Below are positions 9,581-19,226 of a stretch of 64,000 bases of DNA, piece after piece. The stretch spans positions 87,040 to 151,039 of the forward strand of contig DBWQ01000009.1 of assembly GCA_002308995.1 (NCBI GenBank), read 5' to 3'. Made by a program: the position numbers and the translations under genes. Within the stretch, counting starts at the first letter, position 1; each line of letters begins with the position of its first letter. Source of the stretch: Clostridiales bacterium UBA1234 (GTDB lineage: Bacteria > Bacillota > Clostridia > TANB77 > UBA1234). The notes beneath the pieces are model-generated. The model was not told the origin of the DNA and ran no database searches. It saw only the letters and a list, made by a program, of their open reading frames with translations.

Positions 9581-10081
9581 ATGAGATATAATAAAATTCG
9601 TAAAATGGATATTTCCAATGGCCCTGGCGTGAGAGTATCTATCTTTACACAAGGCTGTGCCTTTCACTGTAAAAACTGTTTTAATCCAGAAACGCATGAT
9701 TTTAAGGCCGGTAAAGAGTTCACAGATGATACAGAAAATACTTTATTTAGCCTTTGTGACCATGATTATGTAGAAGGCCTATCTGTTTTGGGTGGTGAGC
9801 CCCTTCATCCCAATAATATTGAAGGTACTACTAAAATGGTGAAAGATTTTAAAGCCAAATATCCCGATAAAAATGTTTGGATGTGGACGGGATTTAACTT
9901 TGATAAAGATTTAAAGGATAAAGAAATATTAAAATATGTGGATGTATTGGTGGATGGTCAGTATCAAGACGAACTTGCTAATCCAACACTTAGTTGGAAG
10001 GGCTCTTCTAACCAAAGAGTGATTGATGTGCAAAATTCACTTAAAAAGAATCAAGTGGTTCTTTATGAGGATAAAATTTAG
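9581..10081 (+). CDS. nrdG: Anaerobic RNR activating protein (radical SAM)
   Basis: Contains GPGVRVSIFTQGCAFHCKNCFN (a CxxxCxxC motif). It lies immediately downstream of nrdD. Confidence 0.93.
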   Translation: MRYNKIRKMDISNGPGVRVSIFTQGCAFHCKNCFNPETHDFKAGKEFTDDTENTLFSLCDHDYVEGLSVLGGEPLHPNNIEGTTKMVKDFKAKYPDKNVWMWTGFNFDKDLKDKEILKYVDVLVDGQYQDELANPTLSWKGSSNQRVIDVQNSLKKNQVVLYEDKI

Positions 10082-10206
10082 AAACATTGATTATTGATAT
10101 TCAATCATGCAAGTGATATAATAATACTATCGTAGGGAAGAGTATCTTTAACAAATAGAGAAGTCTATTCTTTTGAAAGTGATTCATAAAAAAAGGGGTA
10201 GTTGAT

Positions 10207-10746
10207 ATGGAAAAAAGAAAAGCTGTTATCTTTGGCAATACGGTTTGCTTTGTAGGTATTATCATATTTTTTCTGTTAGCTTTTATGGGGAGCGTTGGTG
10301 CCCCAACATCGTTGTCACTTGAAAAACTATTTCAAGAGAATCAAGAAGTAATTCAGGTAATAGAAAGGCAAAATGGAAGCCCTGATTTAACCCTAAGCAG
10401 ACAGCATCTTTCATTTTTATTAGGAACAGTGCAATTTTATACCTATTTTAAGTTATTTTTATCCATTGGAACTACCATTGCGTTTAGTGCAATATTTATT
10501 GCATGGCCAGCTTTTCAATCTTCGATGATGAAATCAGATAAAATGATGATGAAATTAGCATATCTGGTGTTACTAGCAGATGTTTTGCTGGTACTATTGG
10601 GAGTACTGTTTATGATTCCATTCTCCACTACTTTGGTAGCTATTTTTGACATTGTTTTGGGGAGTATTGTCATGGCAGGTATCCTTATTATTGGTTTTTG
10701 TATCAGTATTTACATGCATCGTTATTATGAAAACCAAGAAAACTAA
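10207..10746 (+). CDS. Hypothetical integral membrane protein
   Basis: 179 aa with about 4 predicted TM helices. It has its own TTGATA-17-TATAAT promoter near 10095-10123. Confidence 0.55.
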   Translation: MEKRKAVIFGNTVCFVGIIIFFLLAFMGSVGAPTSLSLEKLFQENQEVIQVIERQNGSPDLTLSRQHLSFLLGTVQFYTYFKLFLSIGTTIAFSAIFIAWPAFQSSMMKSDKMMMKLAYLVLLADVLLVLLGVLFMIPFSTTLVAIFDIVLGSIVMAGILIIGFCISIYMHRYYENQEN

Positions 10747-10888
10747 AAAGCTTTACGCTTCAAAATGATATACGATAATCCTAATAAAGGATTATCGTTT
10801 TTTATTTCAAGAAGAAAAATGAGATTCGCTCTTTTCTTTTAAAAATACCTATGATAGAATAATCATGTCAATCTTGAATGAAGGATAA

Positions 10889-11464
10889 TTGGGGGGAAGC
10901 AGTTTGAATATATATGATTTTGATAAAACAATTTATCAAGGCGATTCTAGTTTTGATTTCTTTATGTTTAGCCTTTTTAAACACAAAAAAAACTTTTTAA
11001 AACTTCCTAAAATATTGTGGCGTGGGCTTAAGTTTAAATTACACATTTTACCCAAAAAAACGTTTAAATCTACTGTGTTTGGCATTGTACAAAATGCGTC
11101 GGAACTTGAAAGGGATGTGGAAGAATTTTGGAATAAAAACGAGCATAAAATTAAAAAGTTTTATTTGGCACAAAAACAAGATGAGGACTTGATCATCTCT
11201 GCTTCACCAGAGTTTTTATTAAAACCAATTTGTCGTAGACTACAAGTGGCATTAATTGCAACGGTGGTAGATACAAAAACAGGAGAATTAATAGGGGAGA
11301 ACTGTCATGGTAAAGAAAAAGTAAAAAGGCTTGATCAAAAGTATCATGTATCGACTTGTGATGAGTTTTATTCTGATTCTTTATGTGATGCACCGCTTGC
11401 AGAAATTGCTTCTAAAGCGTATTTAGTTAAAGGAGAAACTCTTGTAGAGTGGCCTCAAAAATAA
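10889..11464 (+). CDS. HAD-IB family hydrolase
   Basis: The motif I sequence YDFDKTIY and a C-terminal DS..D motif are typical of HAD subfamily IB. Confidence 0.7.
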   Translation: MGGSSLNIYDFDKTIYQGDSSFDFFMFSLFKHKKNFLKLPKILWRGLKFKLHILPKKTFKSTVFGIVQNASELERDVEEFWNKNEHKIKKFYLAQKQDEDLIISASPEFLLKPICRRLQVALIATVVDTKTGELIGENCHGKEKVKRLDQKYHVSTCDEFYSDSLCDAPLAEIASKAYLVKGETLVEWPQK

Positions 11465-11467
11465 ATC

Positions 11468-11498
11468 AAAAAACACGCTCATACAGAGCGTGTTTTTT
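11468..11498. terminator. Bidirectional terminator
   Basis: Hairpin aaaaaacacgctc-atacag-agcgtgtttttt lies between convergent genes. Confidence 0.75.
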
Positions 11499-11509
11499 GG
11501 TAATTGACA

Positions 11510-11896
11510 TTATTCATTGGTAGTAGTGGTTGTATCTTCGATTGTTGCATCTGGAGCATTGGTTTTAACAGATTCAATACCATTGGTGCAACCAGATATT
11601 TGAGAGTAGCCTTCGCTAGCAGCAATATTTTGACCATTTTTAGCAGTTAATCTAAAACGATATTCACCAGCTTTATCGGTGTAAATTTCAAATTTTGGAT
11701 TTGTCTCCGTGGTGTATCCTTCTTTTGTTTGATCTTCGATATTAGCAATTGGAGCATTAGTTTTAACGCTCTCGATGCCATCTTTACAACTTGCAAGAGT
11801 AGAATAAACTTGAGATGTAGCAATTACTTGACCATTGCCAGCAACTAGATTAAAAGTATAACCTGTAGAAGTTCCTTTAATAACGAATTTTCCCAT
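11510..11896 (-). CDS. YegP/DUF1508 family protein (two repeats)
   Basis: Starts at MGKFVIKG.. after the RBS aggagg. It has a tandem duplicated motif (F.L.A.NGQ.IA.S..Y....C..GIESVK.NAP). Confidence 0.8.
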   Translation of the reverse strand: MGKFVIKGTSTGYTFNLVAGNGQVIATSQVYSTLASCKDGIESVKTNAPIANIEDQTKEGYTTETNPKFEIYTDKAGEYRFRLTAKNGQNIAASEGYSQISGCTNGIESVKTNAPDATIEDTTTTTNE

Positions 11897-12139
11897 AAAA
11901 ATACCTCCTAATAATTCTTGAATATGGTATTCAAGTATAGTGACAAAGAAACAAGAATTTCTTTGCTTTTCAATAGCCATTCATCAAAAAATTTGGCTAT
12001 TTTCTTAATACACTAAGTTTATATGAAAAATGTAAAAAAAACAATATCAAAATGGAAATTTATCGTGAAATATTTAATATGGACAGCTGTGAAAATATGA
12101 TATAATAAAATCAATATAACGAGTACGAATGAAAAGGAA

Positions 12140-12601
12140 GTGAAGACGTTGGAAACTACGAAAAGGTATCAAAGAGCTTGCGTAGAGGTCTTGGAAGTAC
12201 TAAAGCTTTTAAAACCAGAAGAGTTTAATAGAATTCCTAAAGAAAGAATTACACTCTATCAAAAGAATCAAGCAAGTGATTATACCCTCGAAATTGATGA
12301 ACATCAAAAACTAACTACGCAAATATCCGATGATGCCAAACTCATTTTAGCAAATTTATTTGTAAGGTTTATTGCTTCTGATAAAGATCAAAAAAAGATA
12401 TACGAACGTGAGAAAAAAGCCTATGTACAGCGTGAAATGCGTAGAATTGCGAAAGAAAAAGAAAAGGAATTACAGCAAGAAGGGTTGTCACAAGTACAAA
12501 CAAAAGAAATGCAACATCAGAATCTTCCAATAGAAGCAAAGCCACAAACGTTTTTGGAAAAATGGATAGATAAAGTGAAAAAAATATTGAAAATAGGGTG
12601 A
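12140..12601 (+). CDS. Hypothetical 153-aa helical protein, paralogue of 18659..19120
   Basis: GTG start after an RBS. Its pattern (F..IP ... N...Y ... L..Q ... Q.K ... EK..K.Y) and its length match the 18659 ORF. Confidence 0.6.
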   Translation: MKTLETTKRYQRACVEVLEVLKLLKPEEFNRIPKERITLYQKNQASDYTLEIDEHQKLTTQISDDAKLILANLFVRFIASDKDQKKIYEREKKAYVQREMRRIAKEKEKELQQEGLSQVQTKEMQHQNLPIEAKPQTFLEKWIDKVKKILKIG

Positions 12602-14487
12602 TTTTATTGGAAAAAGGGATTACTTTTGATACGATTTGGGCTGAAAAGGAAACGCTTCATTTTGAAAATACGCATTTTGAGGAGAATTTAACAGCACTTT
12701 TTCGTGATGAGTATGCTCCTAAATCAGATACCGCGGATTACGATGATAACAAAATTTTAAGGCAGGAGCGAGAAGAAGAAAAAAGAAGAAGAGAGCATGA
12801 TCCTAATGCGAATCGTTTTTTAACACCATATTATGATAAGTATTATGCTCAAATTGCGGTGGGACAGCTTCCTAGTTTTTTAAGAACTACTCGCGTTTTG
12901 AGTGCTACTAAGTTCCAAAATGGGAAAAAGCCAGAAATGGAAGCAGAATTTAACGCATTCACACAAGAAGAAAAACAGCAGACGCATTTAGCGTTATTAA
13001 AAGAACTTGCCATTATTTATGCTCGTAAGGCCAACTTGGCAAATCGTGAAAAATATACTAATGTTAATGCTATGAGCAAAAAAGATGCTGCTATGGAAAA
13101 CTTTATGTTGTATGCTACAAAATATAATGCGCAAGTGCCACCAAGAGAGCAAATACATTTTTGCATTTCAAATGATGTGGTAAAAGGACCATTGTTAGAT
13201 GCTAGTGTTCCTGGTTTTACAAGACTATCGGTGCATTTTGGTAGTGAGGAAAATCTTATAAGGACTCTCAAAAATGTGAGTTTTACGTTAGAGCAAGAGG
13301 GAATGCAAAGCCCATATAGGAAGAATCGTTTTGCAGAAATTAACGTAGATGAAGTATATTCTCAAGGAGTTAATTTGAATCGATATGAGGTATTTGAAAC
13401 TGGGTTATTAACAAGAAACTATAGTCGTAGTGCTAAAAAGTGTATTGAGCAAATCAAAGAGATGGATTCAAGTAAACTAAAGTGTTTTGCTTGCTTTGTA
13501 TATCCAGAGCTAAATGATAGAGAAATATCTTATTTGGCAGAAATGGCAGGAATCGGCGAAAGCGAACTGATTCGTTTAGAAGGAATTCTGAGAGGAAGAG
13601 CCAAACAGAAAGATCCTCAAAAAAGGAGAACAGCTTATTTACAAGGCTTTTTATTGGGTGCTAAAGAGCAAGATATTCCTAAAAAACTTGGTGAAACATT
13701 TGATTTATACATGATGGGAGAGGCTGTTTTTGAGGAAAATGTGAATTTATCGGCTTATATAGGTATCCTGCAGGAAAGTGGTGTGAATGAAAATCATATT
13801 CGAGAGTTTTGTGAACAGACGGTAAATCGTGTTTTTACCAAAGAACAAGGAAATGCCTTTACGGCGTATATGCTAAAAGAGGATGAAGAAGGGCTTCCTA
13901 TTTTGGATAGAGAAGCGTTTTGTCCAGTGTTTCAAAGAGTTGATATGGAAACAAAACTTAGAATATTAGGGAATCTACTGAAAGAACGTGATGCAGGACT
14001 CGATTTATCTAGCATCAAAATGGAGGAGATAACGGAGAATGAATTAGGCTTTTTGCACGCGATTCAAGAGACACATTTGGATAATGTGAGTTTTATCAAA
14101 GAAATGGTAGAACCTTTATTAAAAATAAAAGATGGAGTAGTTCCGGGGGAAGAAGAAGCTTTGTTAGAAGAAGCCTATACTGCGTATCAATTATTAGTGG
14201 AAGATTCCAATGATAGTATCTCGGAAAAAGCGATGGCAGCACAATTTCATACTCTTTTAGTAGAAGCAGAAGTGGAGGAAGAACTCATTCAAACCTTTGT
14301 GAGTACATATGACATGGATGAAACTCACTCGAATGTGTATAAGTCTTTGCGAGATGATGTTGTGCCAGAAGTTTTGGTAGAGGCGAGAAAAGAAGTTGAA
14401 GGAGCAGAAGTAAGAGCGATAAGTAGTCAGCAAAGAGAGGAAAGACTTAGTGAAGAGAAAGGAAAAAATGGAAAGAAGAGTCGTTAA
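12598..14487 (+). CDS. Hypothetical 629-aa protein (orphan)
   Basis: Long ORF whose GTG start overlaps the upstream stop (GTGA), suggesting translational coupling. No signal peptide and no recognisable domain. Confidence 0.6.
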   Translation: MILLEKGITFDTIWAEKETLHFENTHFEENLTALFRDEYAPKSDTADYDDNKILRQEREEEKRRREHDPNANRFLTPYYDKYYAQIAVGQLPSFLRTTRVLSATKFQNGKKPEMEAEFNAFTQEEKQQTHLALLKELAIIYARKANLANREKYTNVNAMSKKDAAMENFMLYATKYNAQVPPREQIHFCISNDVVKGPLLDASVPGFTRLSVHFGSEENLIRTLKNVSFTLEQEGMQSPYRKNRFAEINVDEVYSQGVNLNRYEVFETGLLTRNYSRSAKKCIEQIKEMDSSKLKCFACFVYPELNDREISYLAEMAGIGESELIRLEGILRGRAKQKDPQKRRTAYLQGFLLGAKEQDIPKKLGETFDLYMMGEAVFEENVNLSAYIGILQESGVNENHIREFCEQTVNRVFTKEQGNAFTAYMLKEDEEGLPILDREAFCPVFQRVDMETKLRILGNLLKERDAGLDLSSIKMEEITENELGFLHAIQETHLDNVSFIKEMVEPLLKIKDGVVPGEEEALLEEAYTAYQLLVEDSNDSISEKAMAAQFHTLLVEAEVEEELIQTFVSTYDMDETHSNVYKSLRDDVVPEVLVEARKEVEGAEVRAISSQQREERLSEEKGKNGKKSR

Positions 14488-14491
14488 TAAG

Positions 14492-14520
14492 TTGACATAA
14501 ACAAAGAATGGTGGTATAAT
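14492..14520 (+). promoter_or_regulatory. Consensus sigma-A-type promoter
   Basis: TTGACA (14492-14497), a 17-nt spacer, then TATAAT (14515-14520). Confidence 0.65.
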
Positions 14521-14556
14521 GTCGTGGCTAACGAATAGAAAAGGGGGCAGGAATCA

Positions 14557-14790
14557 ATGAGTATCGAGGCTGTCAATACGTCTCTGCAGGAGGTATTAAA
14601 CAAATTTGCAGAGGCAAAACCGGTGGAAGGAATGCAGGTTTCTTACTTACTGCTGGTATCCGAAATCATGAGGATGTATGATAAATACATTAGGTGTTTA
14701 GAAGACAAAAAAGAGGATGAAGCTGTGGAATTTGCCGAAATGATAGAAGGCAGAATCTCCATAGCAAAACAAAACCATATGTTCGGCTAA
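14557..14790 (+). CDS. Hypothetical 77-aa protein
   Basis: Has an RBS (aaaaggggg), its own promoter, and a downstream hairpin terminator near 14807-14850. Confidence 0.55.
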   Translation: MSIEAVNTSLQEVLNKFAEAKPVEGMQVSYLLLVSEIMRMYDKYIRCLEDKKEDEAVEFAEMIEGRISIAKQNHMFG

Positions 14791-14876
14791 AATTAGGAAG
14801 AAGATTGTATTTCTCTAAAAGAGGGGTGCAATCTTCTATTTTTTTGCCTCAAAGCCCTCAAATATAGGCATTCCAA

Positions 14877-14905
14877 TTGACATAATATGTATAAAATGGT
14901 ATAAT
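14877..14905 (+). promoter_or_regulatory. Consensus sigma-A-type promoter
   Basis: TTGACA (14877-14882), a 17-nt spacer, then TATAAT (14900-14905), with a TGg extended -10. Confidence 0.65.
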
Positions 14906-14965
14906 AATAATGGTATTAATGAGATAAACAGAGAGAGAATTTAGAATAGAAAGAGGGAGATTACT

Positions 14966-17900
14966 ATGGCACTACATGCAGGAATTTTACCAGCTGCTTA
15001 TTATGAGGCAAGACTTTCAATAGTTTCTAAGTTTTTAGATCATGCCAAAGAAGGAAGTATACTATACGAAGCATTAGCCAAAAAAGAAGAAAAACTAACC
15101 GCCAAATTGGAACTAAAAGACCAAAAAAAGAGTATTAAAACTATTTTTAAAGACGATCCGGAATGTAATAAAATACGAGACCAATTAAAAGTACTAGAAG
15201 CGAGAAGACGCACGCTGATGAAAGCCAAAGCGTGCATTTTGCGTGCCAAAAGAAAGAATCTTCCTTATAACCCTGCTGAACTAGATAGTATTAATGCGGA
15301 GTTAGATCAACTAGTGGGAAGTATCAGCCAATTGAAGATGTTTCTTGATGACCGTAAATATGAATTAACCATGGAGCAAGGAATGGTGTATAACCGCATT
15401 CAAACTTCGTATGATAATTCTTATGCAGCATTGGGTGATTTGCGTGAAGATAATAGAACGATGGGCTTTGGCAATGTGAAAAGAGCTGCAAGGGGCGAAT
15501 TAGGTGAACCTGCAGGTAGAGCTACTAACCAAAATACACCTGGACAGAATGCACAAGGAAATCCAACTCCTACCCGTAGCTTAGATAACTCTGGTTATGG
15601 ACCAGGAAAGGCAGGTGCCTATGGCACTGGTACGCCTGGTGGCTATGGCCCTGGAAATGCAGGAGGCAATGGACCAGGTAGTTCTTATAGTGGATCTTAT
15701 GGACCAGATTCAGGATTACCAGATAACTATACATACAAACATGATAGAGAAGATAGTAGAACAGGTAGTAAGGCTCGTTCTACCAAAGAACAAAGAGAAG
15801 CATTTATGAAAAACTTAAATTTACAGTACAATCTTGATCCAGAAGAAGCAAAAAAGGAGTATGTGGAAGCTAAGAAAGTTTTAAGAAAAGTAAAATCACT
15901 AGATAGAACGATTGCAGAAGAGACAGAAAAGATAAAACTATTTGGGAAAAAGCAAGAATTAGAGAAATTAAAAGCGGAGTATGCAGGTAGAGAAACATTA
16001 ATAAATGATATGGATGCCTATATTAAGAGCTATCGATTGGTTAGTGATATTTTATATGCTAAGACACTAGAAGGTGATCCAAAGCAAAAAGATGCACTCG
16101 ATAAAAAGACAGCGTTTATTAATAAACAGTTGGGGTTATCACCTGCAGATGCCAAAGATGAAGAAAAGAGAAAAGTAGCCATTCAAAAGACGGTTGATCA
16201 GTATAATGCATTTGCTAAAAAGCATCCAGGTCTTCCACTCATTACCGACATCGATAAGGTAGATAAAGAAGATTTAGATAAAAAGAATTTTATTTTTATG
16301 AAACTTGTGATGGACGACAAGGAGTATACAACCAAGAAAAAATCTGATGCAGATATTATCAAAGAGATGAAGGAACATCTTACTACCAAAAAGAAAGCCT
16401 TGGAAGGAAAAATCACAGGGTTAGAAAAGGAACTTGAAGGAAAAACGATTCCAACCGAAAAGGAAGCCGAAGAAGCGGTGAAAGTAATAGAACAAGCAAA
16501 TGCTGAAAAGAAAAACATAGATGTGAAAGAAGCTGAAAGAGTGGTAGCTTTGTATGAAACAGCACATCCAGAAGTAAAATCAGCAGAACCGGAAAAAGAG
16601 GAGGAAGAACCAGATCCTGAACCAAAAGGATTAACAGATAAAGAAAAACTTGAAAAGGCACGTGAAAGAAGAGAAAAATTTGTTGAACAAGAAAAGAAAA
16701 TCGCAGAAGAAATTGCAAAAATGCAAAAGCAATTGGATGCATACGATTCATTGCAAGCAAAGAAGGAGACAATAGAAGCAAAGAAAAGTGAACGTAAGGA
16801 TGATTTGCATAATATTGAACCAATCAGGGAACTAGCAAAAGAAGAAAAAGAACGTCAAGAAAAAATGAAACAACTAGTACCAATGATCGAGTTATATCCA
16901 ATTATCAAAGCGTATAACTACTGTTTTAATGATGACACGAGACCTCCTGTTGCTCCAAGTGATGAGATGAAACAAAAAGTGAAAGAGTTATTTGAAGCAA
17001 GAAAGGATGAAATAAGAACACTATTCCCAGATGCTTTTGAAGAAAAGGATGGGGAGATGGAAATTAGATCAAATCAGAGCCTAATGAAGGTATTAGATGG
17101 TATTGCAACAAGTGTTAATGAGTTTAATGCACAAGCTAATGGGTATGTACCAATGTTAAAAGATGTGAAAGGAGCAGAGCTTTTAACTAGTCCAGAAAGC
17201 TTTGAACAAGAGCAAGATAAATTAACCAATGGGGTTCAGACAAGTCTAGAAGCGATGAATGATTTGGTAGTTCGTGATGAAAATACGATTCATATGTGTG
17301 ATACAAGATGTCAAGCAATGCAAGAAGAAATTGATACGTTAACTTCAGAAATACAAACTATCGCAGAAATATCCGACACAGAGCATGAACGTCTTAAGAG
17401 AGAGATGGAAAGTCGTCAAGAACAATTAGAAAGAACAAGGCGTTGGATTGCGGAAAAAGATACAGAAATTTCCGATTATGAACAAAAAATAGCAGAAGCA
17501 GAGAAAAAGGCAGAACCAGAACCTGAGCCAGAACCAGAGCCAGAACCAGATGAAAAGGCAGAGCCAAATCCTGATGATGCGAAAATGAAAGAGGAAAAGA
17601 GAAAACAGGATTTCCAAAAATTAAAGGAATTACACGAAAGCTATACAGAAGAAATTCGTAAAGATAGTCATGGAACCCCTGTGGCCGTATTTATCAATAA
17701 TGATACTCATGAGATAGAAGACGATCCTAACTTGCAAAAGCAACTACTCTTTGCTAGTATGTGGAGTGCTGCTGCCGGAAAAATACTTGCAGGTGGAAAA
17801 ACGACTGCTTTTGACCAAACAAATGAAGAATTTTATTTAAGATTTAGCCAAGCGATAGAAGATGCTAGAGGGGAAGATGGAAGTCTAGATGTAGATGCTC

Positions 17901-18598
17901 TTATTGAAATGGCAGATCATGATAGGTATAAACATGCAAGAGGGATTGTTGATACAATGCTTAGAACAAATCTTCCAGAAGAGTTTAGAGCAGCATCTGA
18001 GACAAATGTGTTAGCATATTATGATAGCGTACAGATAGATGCCCCATCACCTGAGCTAACACCAGAACCTGAGCCAACATCAGCTCCTGAGCCAACATCA
18101 TCACCAGAGCCAGAGCTAACACCAGAACCTGAGCCAACATCAGCTCCTGAACCAACACCAGATCTTGCAGATTCAGAAGAACCTGTCCCAGCAGAAGAAA
18201 CCACATCAGAGAAAAATGACACAGAAGAGTTTGAATTTAATGTGACAGATGTGGAAGAAGATTCATCATGGGATCCAAGTAAGGAGTATTTATTTACAGA
18301 CTATCTTAGGGATTTACATGCAAAAGAAAAAGAAGGAATCCCTATTCCAGGTGCTCCAGATCCAGTTGAAGGGGTAGAAGAAGATAATCCAACGTTAGAA
18401 GAAAACATTCAAGAAGAACCTACTTCAGAAGAACCTAAACCACTAACATTTGGTCAAAAAGTGGGAAGGATGGTTGTTTTACATAAAGATGCGGGTACAA
18501 GAATAGGCGATGTAAAACATGCAGAGCAGGATATTGAGGTAAAAGCTAGAGGGCAAGATTCTAAACAACAGGATAAGAGTCAAGGACGTGGTGATTAA
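14966..18598 (+). CDS. Hypothetical 1210-aa low-complexity coiled-coil protein
   Basis: Uninterrupted ORF after the RBS agggag. It has a Gly/Tyr/Pro-rich segment (GYGPGKAGAYGTGTPGGYGPGNAGGNGPG), long Lys/Glu coiled-coil stretches, a (PE)n run and PEPTSAPEP repeats. No signal peptide or TM helix. Confidence 0.65.
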   Translation: MALHAGILPAAYYEARLSIVSKFLDHAKEGSILYEALAKKEEKLTAKLELKDQKKSIKTIFKDDPECNKIRDQLKVLEARRRTLMKAKACILRAKRKNLPYNPAELDSINAELDQLVGSISQLKMFLDDRKYELTMEQGMVYNRIQTSYDNSYAALGDLREDNRTMGFGNVKRAARGELGEPAGRATNQNTPGQNAQGNPTPTRSLDNSGYGPGKAGAYGTGTPGGYGPGNAGGNGPGSSYSGSYGPDSGLPDNYTYKHDREDSRTGSKARSTKEQREAFMKNLNLQYNLDPEEAKKEYVEAKKVLRKVKSLDRTIAEETEKIKLFGKKQELEKLKAEYAGRETLINDMDAYIKSYRLVSDILYAKTLEGDPKQKDALDKKTAFINKQLGLSPADAKDEEKRKVAIQKTVDQYNAFAKKHPGLPLITDIDKVDKEDLDKKNFIFMKLVMDDKEYTTKKKSDADIIKEMKEHLTTKKKALEGKITGLEKELEGKTIPTEKEAEEAVKVIEQANAEKKNIDVKEAERVVALYETAHPEVKSAEPEKEEEEPDPEPKGLTDKEKLEKARERREKFVEQEKKIAEEIAKMQKQLDAYDSLQAKKETIEAKKSERKDDLHNIEPIRELAKEEKERQEKMKQLVPMIELYPIIKAYNYCFNDDTRPPVAPSDEMKQKVKELFEARKDEIRTLFPDAFEEKDGEMEIRSNQSLMKVLDGIATSVNEFNAQANGYVPMLKDVKGAELLTSPESFEQEQDKLTNGVQTSLEAMNDLVVRDENTIHMCDTRCQAMQEEIDTLTSEIQTIAEISDTEHERLKREMESRQEQLERTRRWIAEKDTEISDYEQKIAEAEKKAEPEPEPEPEPEPDEKAEPNPDDAKMKEEKRKQDFQKLKELHESYTEEIRKDSHGTPVAVFINNDTHEIEDDPNLQKQLLFASMWSAAAGKILAGGKTTAFDQTNEEFYLRFSQAIEDARGEDGSLDVDALIEMADHDRYKHARGIVDTMLRTNLPEEFRAASETNVLAYYDSVQIDAPSPELTPEPEPTSAPEPTSSPEPELTPEPEPTSAPEPTPDLADSEEPVPAEETTSEKNDTEEFEFNVTDVEEDSSWDPSKEYLFTDYLRDLHAKEKEGIPIPGAPDPVEGVEEDNPTLEENIQEEPTSEEPKPLTFGQKVGRMVVLHKDAGTRIGDVKHAEQDIEVKARGQDSKQQDKSQGRGD
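17513..17551 (+). repeat. In-frame (GAR-CCN)n microsatellite encoding (EP)6
   Basis: The sequence is gaaccagaacctgagccagaaccagagccagaaccagat. Confidence 0.8.
18053..18150 (+). repeat. 60-bp in-frame tandem repeat (~1.6 copies) encoding ELTPEPEPTSAPEP
   Basis: gagctaacaccagaacctgagccaacatcagctcctga occurs at 18053-18090 and again at 18113-18150. Confidence 0.85.
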
Positions 18599-18658
18599 GA
18601 AGCAGTTGACAATTCTTTCACTTTCATGTAACATAAAAGTGCATGAGGTGGCGATGAA

Positions 18659-19120
18659 ATGGATAAAAAAAACAAAGAAATGTATTCAGAAGTTTATGGA
18701 ATGCTTAAAGCCTTAGGGGAGGAATTTATTCAAAAAATTCCTCCTAAGTTACTAGATATTATTAAAAATAACAGACTTGAAGGATATGAGCCGATTTATA
18801 CTTTTGAAAAGAGTTTGCTAGAACAAAATCTGAAACGTGAAAGCATTGCAATGCTTGCGTTATTGCATTTAAATTATTGGTGTGAAACAGAAGAACAAAA
18901 AAATGAATTAAATGCTATTTTGGAGAAAAACGAAAAAGAGTATAAAGAAAAGATGCGTGAGCAATATTCTTCTCAAAACATGTTTGCTAAAATCAATGAA
19001 GCAAGAGAAAAACAAAGGATTCAAGAAGAAGAAATGAAAAAGATTGCACAAATGGTAGAAGAAACGGCTCCGCAAGAGGTTCCAAAAGAGGGTTTTTTCA
19101 AGAAGTTTTTAAAAAAATAG
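18659..19120 (+). CDS. Hypothetical 153-aa helical protein, paralogue of 12140..12601
   Basis: Promoter TTGACA-17-TAACAT at 18606-18634. Same length and motif pattern as the 12140 ORF. Confidence 0.6.
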   Translation: MDKKNKEMYSEVYGMLKALGEEFIQKIPPKLLDIIKNNRLEGYEPIYTFEKSLLEQNLKRESIAMLALLHLNYWCETEEQKNELNAILEKNEKEYKEKMREQYSSQNMFAKINEAREKQRIQEEEMKKIAQMVEETAPQEVPKEGFFKKFLKK

Positions 19121-19134
19121 AATTAGTTTTAAGA

Positions 19135-19166
19135 AAGACCTTATTTGCAAATAAGGTCTTTTTTTT
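19135..19166 (+). terminator. Rho-independent terminator
   Basis: Hairpin aagaccttatt-tgc-aaataaggtctt is followed by T8. Confidence 0.85.
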
Positions 19167-19226
19167 GCCCACTGATATGGTATAATAAGAATGACTTAGT
19201 AGAGATAGATACGAGGTGAGGTAGGG

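Noticed and set aside
17513-18170. Short periodic repeats as a possible CRISPR array or non-coding satellite.
   Set aside because: The repeats are in frame within the 1210-aa ORF, encode PE/PEPTSAP low complexity, and have no spacer-repeat architecture.
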